Shown here one piece after another: positions 9,940-17,478 of a stretch of DNA of 59,110 nucleotides (the first letter of the stretch is position 1; each line of letters starts with the position of its first letter). The DNA is from an uncultured euryarchaeote. GTDB lineage: Archaea > Thermoplasmatota > Poseidoniia > Poseidoniales > Poseidoniaceae. The stretch spans positions 1 through 59,110 of the forward strand of contig CALBFP010000303.1 in assembly GCA_937894115.1 (NCBI GenBank), given 5' to 3'. The notes under the pieces were generated by a model that was not told the DNA's origin, searched no databases, and was given only the letters and a program-made list of their open reading frames with translations. The translations under genes were made by a program, and so were the position numbers.

Positions 9940-10599
9940 ATGCGTCGTGAGGTGCTTTATGTCCTGACGATTGCTGTTGGCTTATTCGTCTCTGCGAAGT
10001 ATGCACAATGGCCTGTAGACATCTGGTGCATTGCAGTGTTTTCGGTGATCTTTTGGAAAACAAACCGCAAGGAACGCATCGAGATGATTGCCGTGCTTGC
10101 GTTTGCCACACCGATGGAATTGTTCTTCAGTGAGGTCTGGCTCATTTACGAGTATCAGCGGAACTTCATGCCGTTTTTTGTACCGTTTGGACATTACTTT
10201 TTGTTCGACCTTGGTCGACGTGTGGCGAAAACACTCCCAGATGGTTCCGCCATGAAACTCATTCTCATACTTGTCCCCTTGGTTGTTTATGGTGCAGTTG
10301 TTGGGACGGATACCTCAGCGATAGTTCTCATTGTCTTGACGCTAGGATTTGTGTATTGGGGTCCTGAACCACGTCTTTACGCTTCGATGGTCTGGCTCGC
10401 TTTGGCCATGGAATTATGGGGTACGTATCTAGGGAACTGGACATGGAAAAACGATGTACCTTGGACCAGCCTAACAGCATGGAACCCACCGCTTTTGGTC
10501 GGTGCTTTCTATTGTTTTGGAGATTTACTTGTTAATTTGAGCGTTGCTAAGTTTCAAGGACAACCCATTGCTGAGGTAAACCATGACGTCCTCGGATGA
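9940..10599 (+). CDS. Polytopic membrane protein, uncharacterised
   Basis: 219 aa from the internal ATG (MRREVLYVLTIAVGL). It has 6-7 hydrophobic helices. The upstream 36 codons of the track ORF overlap the preceding gene. Confidence 0.6.
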   Translation: MRREVLYVLTIAVGLFVSAKYAQWPVDIWCIAVFSVIFWKTNRKERIEMIAVLAFATPMELFFSEVWLIYEYQRNFMPFFVPFGHYFLFDLGRRVAKTLPDGSAMKLILILVPLVVYGAVVGTDTSAIVLIVLTLGFVYWGPEPRLYASMVWLALAMELWGTYLGNWTWKNDVPWTSLTAWNPPLLVGAFYCFGDLLVNLSVAKFQGQPIAEVNHDVLG

Positions 10600-10915
10600 G
10601 TTGAGGCTTCGCCGCGAAAAAGAGGCGAAGCGAATACGAGCGAGTCTGAACCGTCAACGTGGTATTCAACATGCTTCTCTCAAAGGAGGCGAGTCGGCCG
10701 TTGCCTTCGTTAAGGAACAGTTGTGTATTGGGTGTGACCAATGCACTATTGTTTGCGATGATGATGCTATTGAGGTCTACAAAGTGGCTATGCGCAGCCC
10801 TCTGATTCAAGTGGAAACCAATCAAAAAGCGAAAATTGTTCGGCAAGATTGTACGGGATGCAGACTGTGCGTACTTGCATGCCCAACCGATGCCATCAGT
10901 ATGATCGACCGATGA
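10583..10915 (+). CDS. 2x[4Fe-4S] ferredoxin-domain protein
   Basis: Two CxxCxxCxxxCP-type motifs, CIGCDQCTIVCD and CTGCRLCVLACP. It has a basic N-terminal extension. Confidence 0.85.
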   Translation: MTSSDELRLRREKEAKRIRASLNRQRGIQHASLKGGESAVAFVKEQLCIGCDQCTIVCDDDAIEVYKVAMRSPLIQVETNQKAKIVRQDCTGCRLCVLACPTDAISMIDR

Positions 10916-10924
10916 GGTGAATGC

Positions 10925-11206
10925 ATGTCCAAGAAAGGAAAACAACCAACAGCACAACGTTTTGGTGGTGAGTTTGGGCCTTATCGTAAGGAAGGAACGA
11001 CGGGTGTATCCCTTGGAACGTTCAAGACATTGGTTTGGACCTCCAACATCGGTGGTCTCGTTCTTTGTGTAATCGCACTCGAATTGCTCTTTGTCCAACA
11101 AGAATTTTTGTGGGGTCTTGTAAGCATAATTGCGGGTGTACTGATTGCGCTCTTCCCGTCGAACTATGAGATCGTTGGCATGGACGAAGAGGCTCCACCT
11201 GAGTAA
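10925..11206 (+). CDS. Small membrane protein
   Basis: 93 aa with two hydrophobic helices. It is the last gene of the co-directional string. Confidence 0.45.
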   Translation: MSKKGKQPTAQRFGGEFGPYRKEGTTGVSLGTFKTLVWTSNIGGLVLCVIALELLFVQQEFLWGLVSIIAGVLIALFPSNYEIVGMDEEAPPE

Positions 11207-11210
11207 TGTA

Positions 11211-14000
11211 TCAGGCTTCGACTTCGGTCTTCACAGCGGAAGGAAGTTCGCTCTTTTTGGCGTTAACTTCACGTGCAAGGAAAGTGACCACATCAAGAAT
11301 TTCGATGTCTTCGTAGCGTTCATCACCTTCAAATTTGAGACATTCAAAGTGCGATACACATTTTGGACATGAGGTCAACATTGTGTCTGCTCCAGTAGAC
11401 TTGATCTCTTCCATTCGAGCAACACGAAGAGCACGGGCGTTTTCGTTGCAGGACATCATGCTGGAGACACCACAACACATTGCGTCTTCGCCGTTGTGTT
11501 CCATCTCCACCAAATCAACACCCTGAACAGCATTGATCAGTTCACGAGGCTCATCGTAAACGCCCATTTGTCGGCCGAGACGGCAAGGGTCGTGGAACGT
11601 CACGGTAGTTGCATCGGTTGAGAGCTGCATGTCAAATCCACTTTCGATGAGATATTCGGTTGTGTGCATGACCTTGACCCCTTCGAGTTCGTAATCTCGT
11701 GCAAAGGTTCGGAAACATTCTGCACAGGATGAGACGAGTGTATCAATACCAGTAGCCTCTATTTTCTTTTGATTGTATGCCTTGAGTTTCTCAAAGACTT
11801 CTGTAAGCCCTTGCCATTTCTGATCGTGACCGCAGCATTTGAGGAAATCACGTCCGAGATACGAGACGTCGTGCCCCATTTCTTCGAACAGCGTAAAGGC
11901 CGAAGTCGTGGACTCACCGAGGTTCATCTCACCTTCATTGACGTGAGAGAAGACCATTTCTTGATCGAGATAGTCCACACATCCAGGGTAGTATCCGACG
12001 TTGGACGAAATTGGATACTCTTCAACGGGTATGAAGTCCTCGTTGGACGCTTCTTCTGCTTCTGCAGCAAGAACCGCTTGCAGAACGGTGTGAGGAATCT
12101 CTGCTGCTGGGCCACCCACGATGAGACTTCGGCGGATGTCAACATAGGAGTCGTAGTTGACAAGTTGCGGACAAGCGTTGGTACACGCTGTACACGTTAG
12201 ACACGAATAGAGTGGAACACCGTCGTCCTCGTTGTTCCAAGAATTGTAAATGATGTTGAGTTTGTCTCCACCGTTGAACAGCCGAACAGGACAAGCATCA
12301 TCACAAAGGTCGCAACCATAACACTTGTTCATCTCAAATTCATAGCCACGTGCCATTGAACGCAAGAGAACAACAACAACAGCTCCGAAGGTTATGCAAG
12401 GAATAAACATGGCATAGGTCAGCTTTGCATCCAAAGATTTCGGATTGACGTGATAGGAAGGATTGTTGATGCTGCTGTAACCGATTCCAGTGGCAGCTGC
12501 TGCGGTGAGAAGTTCACCGTTGCTGAGGTCCACAACCTTCCCGGCGTTCTCTCCACCATCCCATAGGAGCAGCGGTTGGAAGGCACGAACTGAAAACGTT
12601 GTTTCAGTCGTGATGGATTCGTTTAACGCCAGCGGACCTGAGGCAGTAAGGCTGTATTCGTAGTAGTAGATTCCTGGTTCTAGGTTAATTTCTGCCCCTT
12701 CGCAACCCGTGAATGAGGTAATTGTTGTACCCGAACTGTCGCTAACCGACATCGTGCTTGAGAGCATGGTTGCTGTATTGACACCGTTGATCTTGCGCTC
12801 ACTCGCTCGGAATTCGCATGCAACATCGGTAGGTAGTGCCCCATCAGTGTACGTGTCCACTACGGTGAAACTTCCAGAGGTTGCGTACCCTTCCCCACCA
12901 GCAAATGTGACTGTCGCACCTGCTGCATTTTGTCCTTCCTCAGGGATTTGATGGTTGTTAGCATCGCTGAAATCGATGATTGTTTTCCGCGCAGGTTGGA
13001 AAATCTGCCAGTCCAGCCATGCACCTGCAGGTACCACCCCGTCCGTGTAACCTCGGTCGTCTGAGAACGAGTTGGTTTCGTGGACTTCAACATCCGCTGG
13101 TTGCGTTCGCATGGCTTCCAATTCAGGGTAATAATCGTGAGTGAGCCCTTTGATGGTCAAGAGTCCACCCGCTTCCCAGAATCCATTGTCATAGGTGTCG
13201 AATGTTGCCACAGATGCTCCGGCTGAGATGACAAGAGCACCGACGATCAGGCGTTTACCGTGTTCGGGCGTAAATCCTGAACCCCATGCTTTGACCAAGA
13301 CGTTCCGGCCAATGAAGTATATCATGATCCACAACAGCAACCCCGTGAGAATCCACGGCACTGCATTGAATATTTCTGCAATCCACGGCGCCCTTGTTCC
13401 ACACAACAGATCTCCGTGTGAATCCAATTTACAATAATCGGAGCGATTTTTACCGTACAACTCGAGGAAGATGTTGATCGAGAAAACGGAAATGAACCAA
13501 ACGTGAGCGAGGTAGACAGCACCTGCTGCTGCGAACCACGGGTCTTCAACAGGTCGCTTCTCACGACCACCGAGGAATGGAGGTAGAGCGAGGATACCGA
13601 CTGGAATTCCTGTAAGCGCAGCACCCCACCATGCAGCGTTCCAAGCAAAGACAGGTTGACCTACAATGTCGCCTATGAATCCTGTTGGAACGGTGAATTG
13701 AGGTAGATATTCACCCCATCTTAGGTAACCGTAAGAAAACAATACGTACCAATCGGGGAAAACGAAACCGGCTTGAGCGTAGGGGTCCGCAGCACCGTGC
13801 AATGGTGGAGGAATCAACCAGGCGTAGAACAAAAGAACCGCCGCCATGAAGGCAAAGAGAATGGTATCACGAAGAACTTCGTGAGGCCAGAAGGCGTGAC
13901 CCATACGGGTACGCTTTCGTTTTTCACCAGCTTCCTGCAACTTCGCCTTTTCGTCCATGTACGAGGTTGCAACTCGTCCAAGATTTTCCATTAAGCCCAT
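11211..14000 (-). CDS. Fusion protein: cytochrome b C-terminal (subunit IV-like) membrane domain, ~260-aa extracytoplasmic domain, TM helix, and HdrD/GlpC-like Fe-S domain
   Basis: 929 aa.
- aa 35-260: helices with FPDWYVLFSYG (the PEWY-type motif of cytochrome b / subunit IV)
- aa 528-548: TM helix
- aa 560-610: two ferredoxin motifs, CYGCDLCDDACP and CLTCTACTNACP
- two CCG domains: PGC..CCGHD..CAEC and DPC..MCCG..CPKC
A GGAGGG SD lies 8 nt upstream, 14 nt after the cytochrome b stop. Confidence 0.85.
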   Translation of the reverse strand: MGLMENLGRVATSYMDEKAKLQEAGEKRKRTRMGHAFWPHEVLRDTILFAFMAAVLLFYAWLIPPPLHGAADPYAQAGFVFPDWYVLFSYGYLRWGEYLPQFTVPTGFIGDIVGQPVFAWNAAWWGAALTGIPVGILALPPFLGGREKRPVEDPWFAAAGAVYLAHVWFISVFSINIFLELYGKNRSDYCKLDSHGDLLCGTRAPWIAEIFNAVPWILTGLLLWIMIYFIGRNVLVKAWGSGFTPEHGKRLIVGALVISAGASVATFDTYDNGFWEAGGLLTIKGLTHDYYPELEAMRTQPADVEVHETNSFSDDRGYTDGVVPAGAWLDWQIFQPARKTIIDFSDANNHQIPEEGQNAAGATVTFAGGEGYATSGSFTVVDTYTDGALPTDVACEFRASERKINGVNTATMLSSTMSVSDSSGTTITSFTGCEGAEINLEPGIYYYEYSLTASGPLALNESITTETTFSVRAFQPLLLWDGGENAGKVVDLSNGELLTAAAATGIGYSSINNPSYHVNPKSLDAKLTYAMFIPCITFGAVVVVLLRSMARGYEFEMNKCYGCDLCDDACPVRLFNGGDKLNIIYNSWNNEDDGVPLYSCLTCTACTNACPQLVNYDSYVDIRRSLIVGGPAAEIPHTVLQAVLAAEAEEASNEDFIPVEEYPISSNVGYYPGCVDYLDQEMVFSHVNEGEMNLGESTTSAFTLFEEMGHDVSYLGRDFLKCCGHDQKWQGLTEVFEKLKAYNQKKIEATGIDTLVSSCAECFRTFARDYELEGVKVMHTTEYLIESGFDMQLSTDATTVTFHDPCRLGRQMGVYDEPRELINAVQGVDLVEMEHNGEDAMCCGVSSMMSCNENARALRVARMEEIKSTGADTMLTSCPKCVSHFECLKFEGDERYEDIEILDVVTFLAREVNAKKSELPSAVKTEVEA

Positions 14001-14014
14001 TTAATTCCCTCCAT

Positions 14015-14881
14015 TCAATGCGGCTCCGCGATGCCTTGTACCCAGACAATAAACAGGTGTATGATAATCAGTGTGGTGACGATCACGGGTAATATAAACA
14101 CGTGTATGAAATACATGCGTGTAACGGTTCTTGGTGTGAGAGATGAGCCTCCGAAGAGGAGTGTCGCTACGTACTTGCCCACAAGCGGTGATGAATTCGC
14201 AAGGTTGATTCCAATAACGGCTGCACCGTACGCAAGACTGTCCCATGGCAACAAGTATCCTGAATATCCGAAGACGATGGTCAGTGCCATGAGGGCGACG
14301 CCAATGAGCCAGTTGAGCTCACGTGGGTTTCGGTAGGCGCCGGTGAAGTAGACACGACACATGTGTAAGAATACGGAAGCGACCATAAAGTGCGTCGTCC
14401 AGTGGTGAACAGCACGAATGATGTAACCAAATGGAAGCTCCAGCATGATGAATTCCATCGAGGCATATGCTGGAGAAGGATCACCTTCTCCTCCGGGAAC
14501 GTAGTAGATGCCGAGAATGGTTCCTGTGAGGACGAGGATGATGAAACTCAGGAACGAAATGCCCCCAAGGCAATAGAGCGGGTACCAATACCAGATGATG
14601 CGAAGTTTGTATTTCTCTGCGTGCGTGAGTGGCATTTGGCGGTGCATGTTGTAATATGCACCCTTGGACATGTTCCAGTAATCTTGAATGCGGAAGCGCG
14701 TGTCCATCCATGAAAACACCCAGAGGAACGCTCGCTCAGAGATGCCCATCCCTCCAGTCGACTCAACCGCACGGAGAATTTCTCGCCTTGGCATCTCTTC
14801 GGTTTCTTTGCGGAGGGTGAAGGCCACCAACACGATGATGAAGGCGATAAAGAACCACAAAATCCAGAACATTGTTGTCAT
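14015..14881 (-). CDS. Cytochrome b (b6-type N-terminal heme-binding core)
   Basis: 288 aa. Helix B has HHWTTHFMVASVFLH (H-x13-H) and helix D has HVFILPVIVTTLIIIH (H-x14-H). It also has YSGYLLPWD. Confidence 0.92.
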   Translation of the reverse strand: MTTMFWILWFFIAFIIVLVAFTLRKETEEMPRREILRAVESTGGMGISERAFLWVFSWMDTRFRIQDYWNMSKGAYYNMHRQMPLTHAEKYKLRIIWYWYPLYCLGGISFLSFIILVLTGTILGIYYVPGGEGDPSPAYASMEFIMLELPFGYIIRAVHHWTTHFMVASVFLHMCRVYFTGAYRNPRELNWLIGVALMALTIVFGYSGYLLPWDSLAYGAAVIGINLANSSPLVGKYVATLLFGGSSLTPRTVTRMYFIHVFILPVIVTTLIIIHLFIVWVQGIAEPH

Positions 14882-14890
14882 CTTTTCACC

Positions 14891-15733
14891 TCAATCACAG
14901 TATGTCAGCCAGTCGACGTAATCGGTGATGCCTTCGACGACATCGTTGTTGAGTACGATGGGGATGAGAGGCAGACCAACGGGCGCGGGTCCTCCTGACT
15001 TGCGGACACCAGCGTAGGTAAACGTCGCCCCATTGGCGCGGTTACGATTGGTGTTCATCTCCAACGCAGTCGTATCGAATCGAGAAGAGTGGCATATGCA
15101 GAACAATTTGGTTCCGCCATCATCTGTGCCACCAGGGGTCCATGTGTCATCCGTGTAGGAATTGGAAACGAGTTGCCATCCCGGGATGCAACAGAGATGC
15201 GTGCATCGGCCAAACACCATGATGATGTCATCGGATGGATAAATGCGTTCGTCCAGAGCCACCATGTCTTCAAAATGCCCAATATACTTCCCAGATTCGT
15301 CATACCCTTCCATCATCTGGAAGCGAGCTTTGTTGTTGTCCATTGGCGAGCCCTGCCACTTGGAATCCTCGACATAGGTGACTACGACAGGAACACCGTT
15401 CCATACACCAGCGGCACCGGCAGTTCCTGTGTTGGAGTTTGCTGCCTCGGCAACGAAATCAGCTTTTGTCATTGACTGGAGGTGCTTTGGACCGTACCAC
15501 GCTGTGTCCTCTCGGCCTTTGGCCCAGAATTTGACGGAGAGATCTCCTGCAGAGCCACCGCCAGGAGGCAAAAGAATGGCTGCAAATCCGAGGACGCCCA
15601 AAGATGCAGCGAAAACACCTGCTGCGGTGTTGAACCCGTAACGCAGGAACTGCCGCCGATTGATAACGGTCTCTCCTGCACTTGCAGAGCCATCCTTTGT
15701 TTCAGGGACGAACAAGTTGTAGTCTTTGGCCAT
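14891..15733 (-). CDS. Rieske [2Fe-2S] protein with twin-arginine signal
   Basis: Cluster boxes are CTHLCC and CICHSS. The N-terminus has RRQFLRYGF followed by a hydrophobic helix. The internal ATG at 15733 was chosen because the longer track ORF would overlap the upstream gene. Confidence 0.88.
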   Translation of the reverse strand: MAKDYNLFVPETKDGSASAGETVINRRQFLRYGFNTAAGVFAASLGVLGFAAILLPPGGGSAGDLSVKFWAKGREDTAWYGPKHLQSMTKADFVAEAANSNTGTAGAAGVWNGVPVVVTYVEDSKWQGSPMDNNKARFQMMEGYDESGKYIGHFEDMVALDERIYPSDDIIMVFGRCTHLCCIPGWQLVSNSYTDDTWTPGGTDDGGTKLFCICHSSRFDTTALEMNTNRNRANGATFTYAGVRKSGGPAPVGLPLIPIVLNNDVVEGITDYVDWLTYCD

Positions 15734-15738
15734 GAACT

Positions 15739-16188
15739 TCACCACTTGTACTCCTTCCAGTCTTTGACATGCTCTGGTACATATTTGTTTTGCGAGTGCT
15801 TCACGATAATGGTATCCGGCAAGATGTATTTGAGATAGATGAGGCCCATCATAATGAGCGTTGTGAGCGTCATTGCGAGATGGAACGCAAGCTGTTGTTG
15901 GTCCCAACTCTTGGCAAGACCGTAAATGAGGGAGAAGGCCCAATAGCACGCCCAAAAGATACCCCATGCGAAGAAAAACATGGTCAAATATGAGCCACCA
16001 GAAGGCGCAAGACTTGCGCTGACGATGGTCCCAGATTCTGCTACATCGTGGACTCCATGGCTGATTGCTTCATCCATTTGTGATTCTGTGAGTTCGACGC
16101 CTTCGAGTGCGTTTCGGGCATCCTTGACGGAAATAGAACCGTCTGCGACACCTCGAAGCAGATTGTTGATGGCGTCGTCGTACATCAC
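15739..16188 (-). CDS. Small membrane protein of the Rieske/cytochrome b operon
   Basis: 149 aa with a soluble N-terminal ~55 aa followed by 3 hydrophobic helices. It is tightly packed between flanking operon genes, with a 4-nt overlap upstream and a 5-nt gap downstream. Confidence 0.6.
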   Translation of the reverse strand: MMYDDAINNLLRGVADGSISVKDARNALEGVELTESQMDEAISHGVHDVAESGTIVSASLAPSGGSYLTMFFFAWGIFWACYWAFSLIYGLAKSWDQQQLAFHLAMTLTTLIMMGLIYLKYILPDTIIVKHSQNKYVPEHVKDWKEYKW

Positions 16189-17003
16189 TGGTCACCTCGG
16201 CGCATCAGTTTGTAGCGAAGCCTCAATTGGTTGCTTCGTCCTTCGTAAGAAGTTGAGAATCCGTAACGTAGCATTAGTCCTGCAAAGATGACGCACATGA
16301 TAACGGCACCAAATCCAAGAAGTCCGAGCCAGTGAGCCCGCAGGCTCGCTCCCATGTGGTGCAGATCGGTTCCATGGGATTCCGGTTCGGGTGGAGCGAC
16401 ATTACCATCGCCAGCAAACACGGTTCGTGTGCCTCGAGCAAGGCTGTCCTCGTCGCCTTCAACAAGCGCAAACGTCAGTTGATTCCACATGTCTTCAATC
16501 ACATTTCCAAGACCACCGTCTCCGTTGACGCTGTTTCCAGTAATCCAGAAAATCACGGTCCCATCTCCTTGGGCAGGTGCGGTCCATGTGATGTCCCACA
16601 TCCTGTCGGATTCAGCAGCCGATGCGGATGTGTGAGTGAGCGATTGAAGGTCGCCTTGCCAGTTGTCGACTCCGATTCCTCCAAGTTCACCTCCAGAGAC
16701 TCGCATCGAGAAACCAGCGGAATATTGCCCTCCTGCCGCAGGGCCTCCGATGAGGTGGAGTTGAAGTTCATAGGTTTCACCGGGAGTCCATGCGTAGGGG
16801 ACGCTGTCGAGAATAACTTGCACGCTGTTTGCAGGTGCTGCGTTGTGGCAAAGACAACCTTCTTTGGCGACATCGGTGATGTCGTTTTGTTGTCCGCCAA
16901 TGCCACTTGGAAGCGATGTTGCAAGCCCAGGGAAGAGCAACAAGACCAACGCGGTTACCAGAATGGTGCGGCGTTTGGAGGATGACGCAGTCAGCATGGA
17001 CAC
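16185..17003 (-). CDS. Extracytoplasmic, C-terminally membrane-anchored protein with a single Cys-x-Cys-His motif (candidate redox subunit)
   Basis: 272 aa with signal peptide (RRTILVTALVLLLFPGLATS), EGCLCHN, a beta-rich domain (WDITWTAPAQGDGTVIFWITG) and a C-terminal TM helix. It is the first gene of the operon. The start is the GTG at 17003 or the ATG at 16997, which is preceded by an AGGGTG SD. Confidence 0.65.
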   Translation of the reverse strand: MSMLTASSSKRRTILVTALVLLLFPGLATSLPSGIGGQQNDITDVAKEGCLCHNAAPANSVQVILDSVPYAWTPGETYELQLHLIGGPAAGGQYSAGFSMRVSGGELGGIGVDNWQGDLQSLTHTSASAAESDRMWDITWTAPAQGDGTVIFWITGNSVNGDGGLGNVIEDMWNQLTFALVEGDEDSLARGTRTVFAGDGNVAPPEPESHGTDLHHMGASLRAHWLGLLGFGAVIMCVIFAGLMLRYGFSTSYEGRSNQLRLRYKLMRRGDQ

Positions 17004-17140
17004 ACCCTATGAACAATCGACTGAGAATGACACCTTAAACATTGTCAGTGTTTCGTAAGATTAATGCTTTGCAGTGTACCGTTTTGCGGGCAAAAACTAA
17101 CAGTGCAAGAATTCTTGTGATTTGACCGTGTCGCTAGGGT

Positions 17141-17443
17141 ATGGCGGAAACACCGTTTGACAACATTTACGATCTTACGACCGAGCAGTTAGAAATGCTT
17201 GACAAGGCGGAGGATTTGATGCTCAAAAACGACCTTGGAGCGGCGGAAAGAATGCTTCTGGAGATGTTGAAAGAGGACGAGGAATGCATACCCGTGTTGT
17301 CGAATCTCGGCCATCTGTACGGGCGCCACTTATCGGAATTTGAAACCGCTATCACGTACTACGATCGCGTTCTCAACCTCGAACCAGACAATGCTTGGGC
17401 TCGAGATGCTCGGCGTCGATACATGCGGTTTGTGGAAAAATAA
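17141..17443 (+). CDS. Small TPR-repeat protein
   Basis: 100 aa. LGHLYGRHLSEFETAITYYDRVLNLEPDNAWA fits the TPR consensus. Confidence 0.6.
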   Translation: MAETPFDNIYDLTTEQLEMLDKAEDLMLKNDLGAAERMLLEMLKEDEECIPVLSNLGHLYGRHLSEFETAITYYDRVLNLEPDNAWARDARRRYMRFVEK

Positions 17444-17478
17444 GGTAAGTTCATGTGCGGCTTTGCCGAGGACGTATC

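Noticed and set aside
15734-15967. 78-codon N-terminal extension of the Rieske ORF
   Set aside because: It overlaps the upstream 149-aa membrane-protein gene in another frame. The internal Met gives a proper Tat signal (RRQFLRY) 5 nt after that gene's stop.
16845-16856. Reading CLCH as a canonical c-type heme-binding site
   Set aside because: The canonical motif is CXXCH, and here only one residue separates the cysteines. I kept it as an open question, not as an annotated cytochrome c.
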